Assembly (NCBI GenBank): GCA_964188305.1
Contig: OZ076895.1
DNA from: Podarcis bocagei
Lineage: Eukaryota
Reading direction: 5' to 3' (one strand)
Length of the DNA: 64,000 nucleotides
This document shows positions 62,230 through 64,000 of the stretch, in pieces. Below the pieces are notes generated by a model. The model ran no database searches and was not told the DNA's origin. It saw nothing but the letters and a program-made list of their open reading frames with translations. Positions within the stretch are counted from its first letter, which is position 1, and every line of letters begins with the position of its first letter. A program made the translations under genes and the position numbers.

Positions 62230-62471
62230 CAGTGGTACCACAGGTTACATATGCTTCAGGTTACATACGCTTCAGGTTACAGACTCCGCTAACCCAGAAA
62301 TAGTGCTTCAGGTTAAGAACTTTGCTTTAGGATGAGAACAGAAATCGTGCTCCGGCGGTGTGGCAGCAGCAGGAGGCCCCATTTGCTAAAGTGGTGCTTC
62401 AAGAAAAGAACAGTTTCAGGTTAAGTACGGCCCTCCAGAATGAATTAAGTACTTAACCTGAGGTACCACTG
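62230..62471. mobile_element. Tigger-like MITE (family A) copy 5
   Basis: Same TIRs, TA TSD. Confidence 0.88.
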
Positions 62472-63429
62472 TAGTAAAAGAAGAAAAGAGATGTCACTGC
62501 CTTAATTGAACCAACAATATGGCCATCAATTGTTACCTGGTCCAGAGATGTGAATAAATGCAGTAATGCAACAAATAACGGAATACTCCCTCTTAAAAAA
62601 AAATAAATGGTGCCGAAGCAGCAGCAAATCAAGGGGCTTTGAACAGTCATGAAAAATGAGTGCGAACAGCAGCACTTACTTTTGTGGACCTTTTCACCAT
62701 GTTGAATTGGCAACTTTCAGATTGAAAATCAAATCTCAGACAACTGCGGCACAGCAGTCAAGAGCAGTATAAAAGAATGAAGCAGCAGCTGCCAGTTCAT
62801 AGCATCAATAAAGGGTGTTGTTGAGAAAAACCACAAAGGGACTTCATTTAAAGTAAACAACATTTAAAAGTGAGTTGCTGAGCTCTGCGATAGCAGCAAC
62901 ATGGTTGACTACCCTTTTGTGAAAACCCACACCATTTTTAAAATGGAAAGTTATCAGCAAATTACTTTGTGAACCTGCATGAAAACGTAGCAGTCTCCAA
63001 GCAGATGTTCTGCAGTGCTGATGGGCTATTTTCTAATTGACTTCTACTAATTCCTATCAGATTGCTGTAAGGTTCTTGTTGGATAAAATCTGAAAGAGAA
63101 AGTCTGGGCTTAGTGACGCCAAGTTGTAAAAAAAACCCTCATCCACTCACTCGCATTATCAGGAAAGCTGATATATGCATTGGCACAAACTTAATTGCAA
63201 ACTTAGAGAGCAAGGGGGAACAGAGCATTGTGCCTTGGGATTTAGCAGGGAAAGCATAATATCTTATCTCTATTCTAAGTTTTCTTACTTTACTCCTCTT
63301 GTGGAACCCAAAACAATCACAAACACGTGGATTGTATTGGAGAATATGTTTTCATTTATAGTGTCAATGATATGAATGTGGGGTGGAGAGAAATCAAGTC
63401 TTCCTATTGCTACTCCAGAATACTATTTA

Positions 63430-63727
63430 CAGTAGTACCTCAGGTTACATACGCTTCAGGTTACATACGCTTCAGGTTACAGACTCCGCTAACCCAGAAA
63501 TAGTGCTTCAGGTTAAGAACTTTGCTTTAGGATGAGAACAGAAATCGTGCTCCGGCGGCACGGCAGCAGCAGGAGGCCCCATTAGCTAAAGTGGTGCTTC
63601 AGGTTAAGAACAGTTTCAGGTTAAGTACGGACCTCCATTAGCTAAAGTGGTGCTTCAGGTTAAGAACAGTTTCAGGTTAAGAACGGACCTCTGGAACGAA
63701 TTAAGTACTTAACCTGAGGTACCACTG
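63430..63727. mobile_element. Tigger-like MITE (family A) copy 6 with internal ~56-bp tandem duplication
   Basis: Same TIRs; the CATTAGCTAAAGTGGTGC...ACGGACCTC block occurs twice. Confidence 0.88.
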
Positions 63728-64000
63728 TATCTAAATGGATAGCCTGACCTATCCAGAAGATTCAAGGCAGGTACCCAAAGCATAAGCTTTCTAGTAAAAA
63801 ATAATGCATCATGAGCTGGCATGATGACCGATAAGAAGCAATCAAAATAAGGGAATTAAAGGGGACTGGGTAAAATCCAGGTGGGGTTTCAGGATGGAAA
63901 ACCCTAGTAATGTAATGGGGAAGGTTCTGGTAAGAGGTAGACTGTGGCGTATAAACAAGCAAGGATGGCTCATCTGGAAGGTTTTACCTTGTATATAGTC

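Overview
Squamate (most likely lacertid lizard, judged from the Sauria/Squam SINEs) genomic DNA. The minus strand carries the promoter CpG island and coding exons 1-13 of ZDHHC17 (HIP14 ankyrin-repeat DHHC palmitoyltransferase). The gene runs off the window's left edge, and intron 10 is a U12-type AT-AC intron. Intron 1 holds an apparently intact, very young 5,470-bp Ty3/Gypsy chromovirus (sushi/Tf1 lineage) and a processed PPDPF pseudogene. The chromovirus has identical 408-bp LTRs, a tRNA-independent self-priming site and a -1 frameshift pseudoknot. Its Pol C-terminal tail runs into the 3' LTR and carries two acidic (F/L)xGF motifs resembling LEDGF/TND-binding motifs. Upstream of the gene are a 2.3-kb hAT-bounded element carrying CpG-island-like cargo with a nested L1 3' fragment, and a 2.2-kb full-length ORF2-less L1-like element with a single orphan ORF. 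Many MITEs, SINEs and LINE fragments and one 128-N assembly gap are also present. All family assignments come from recognising the sequence, not from database searches.
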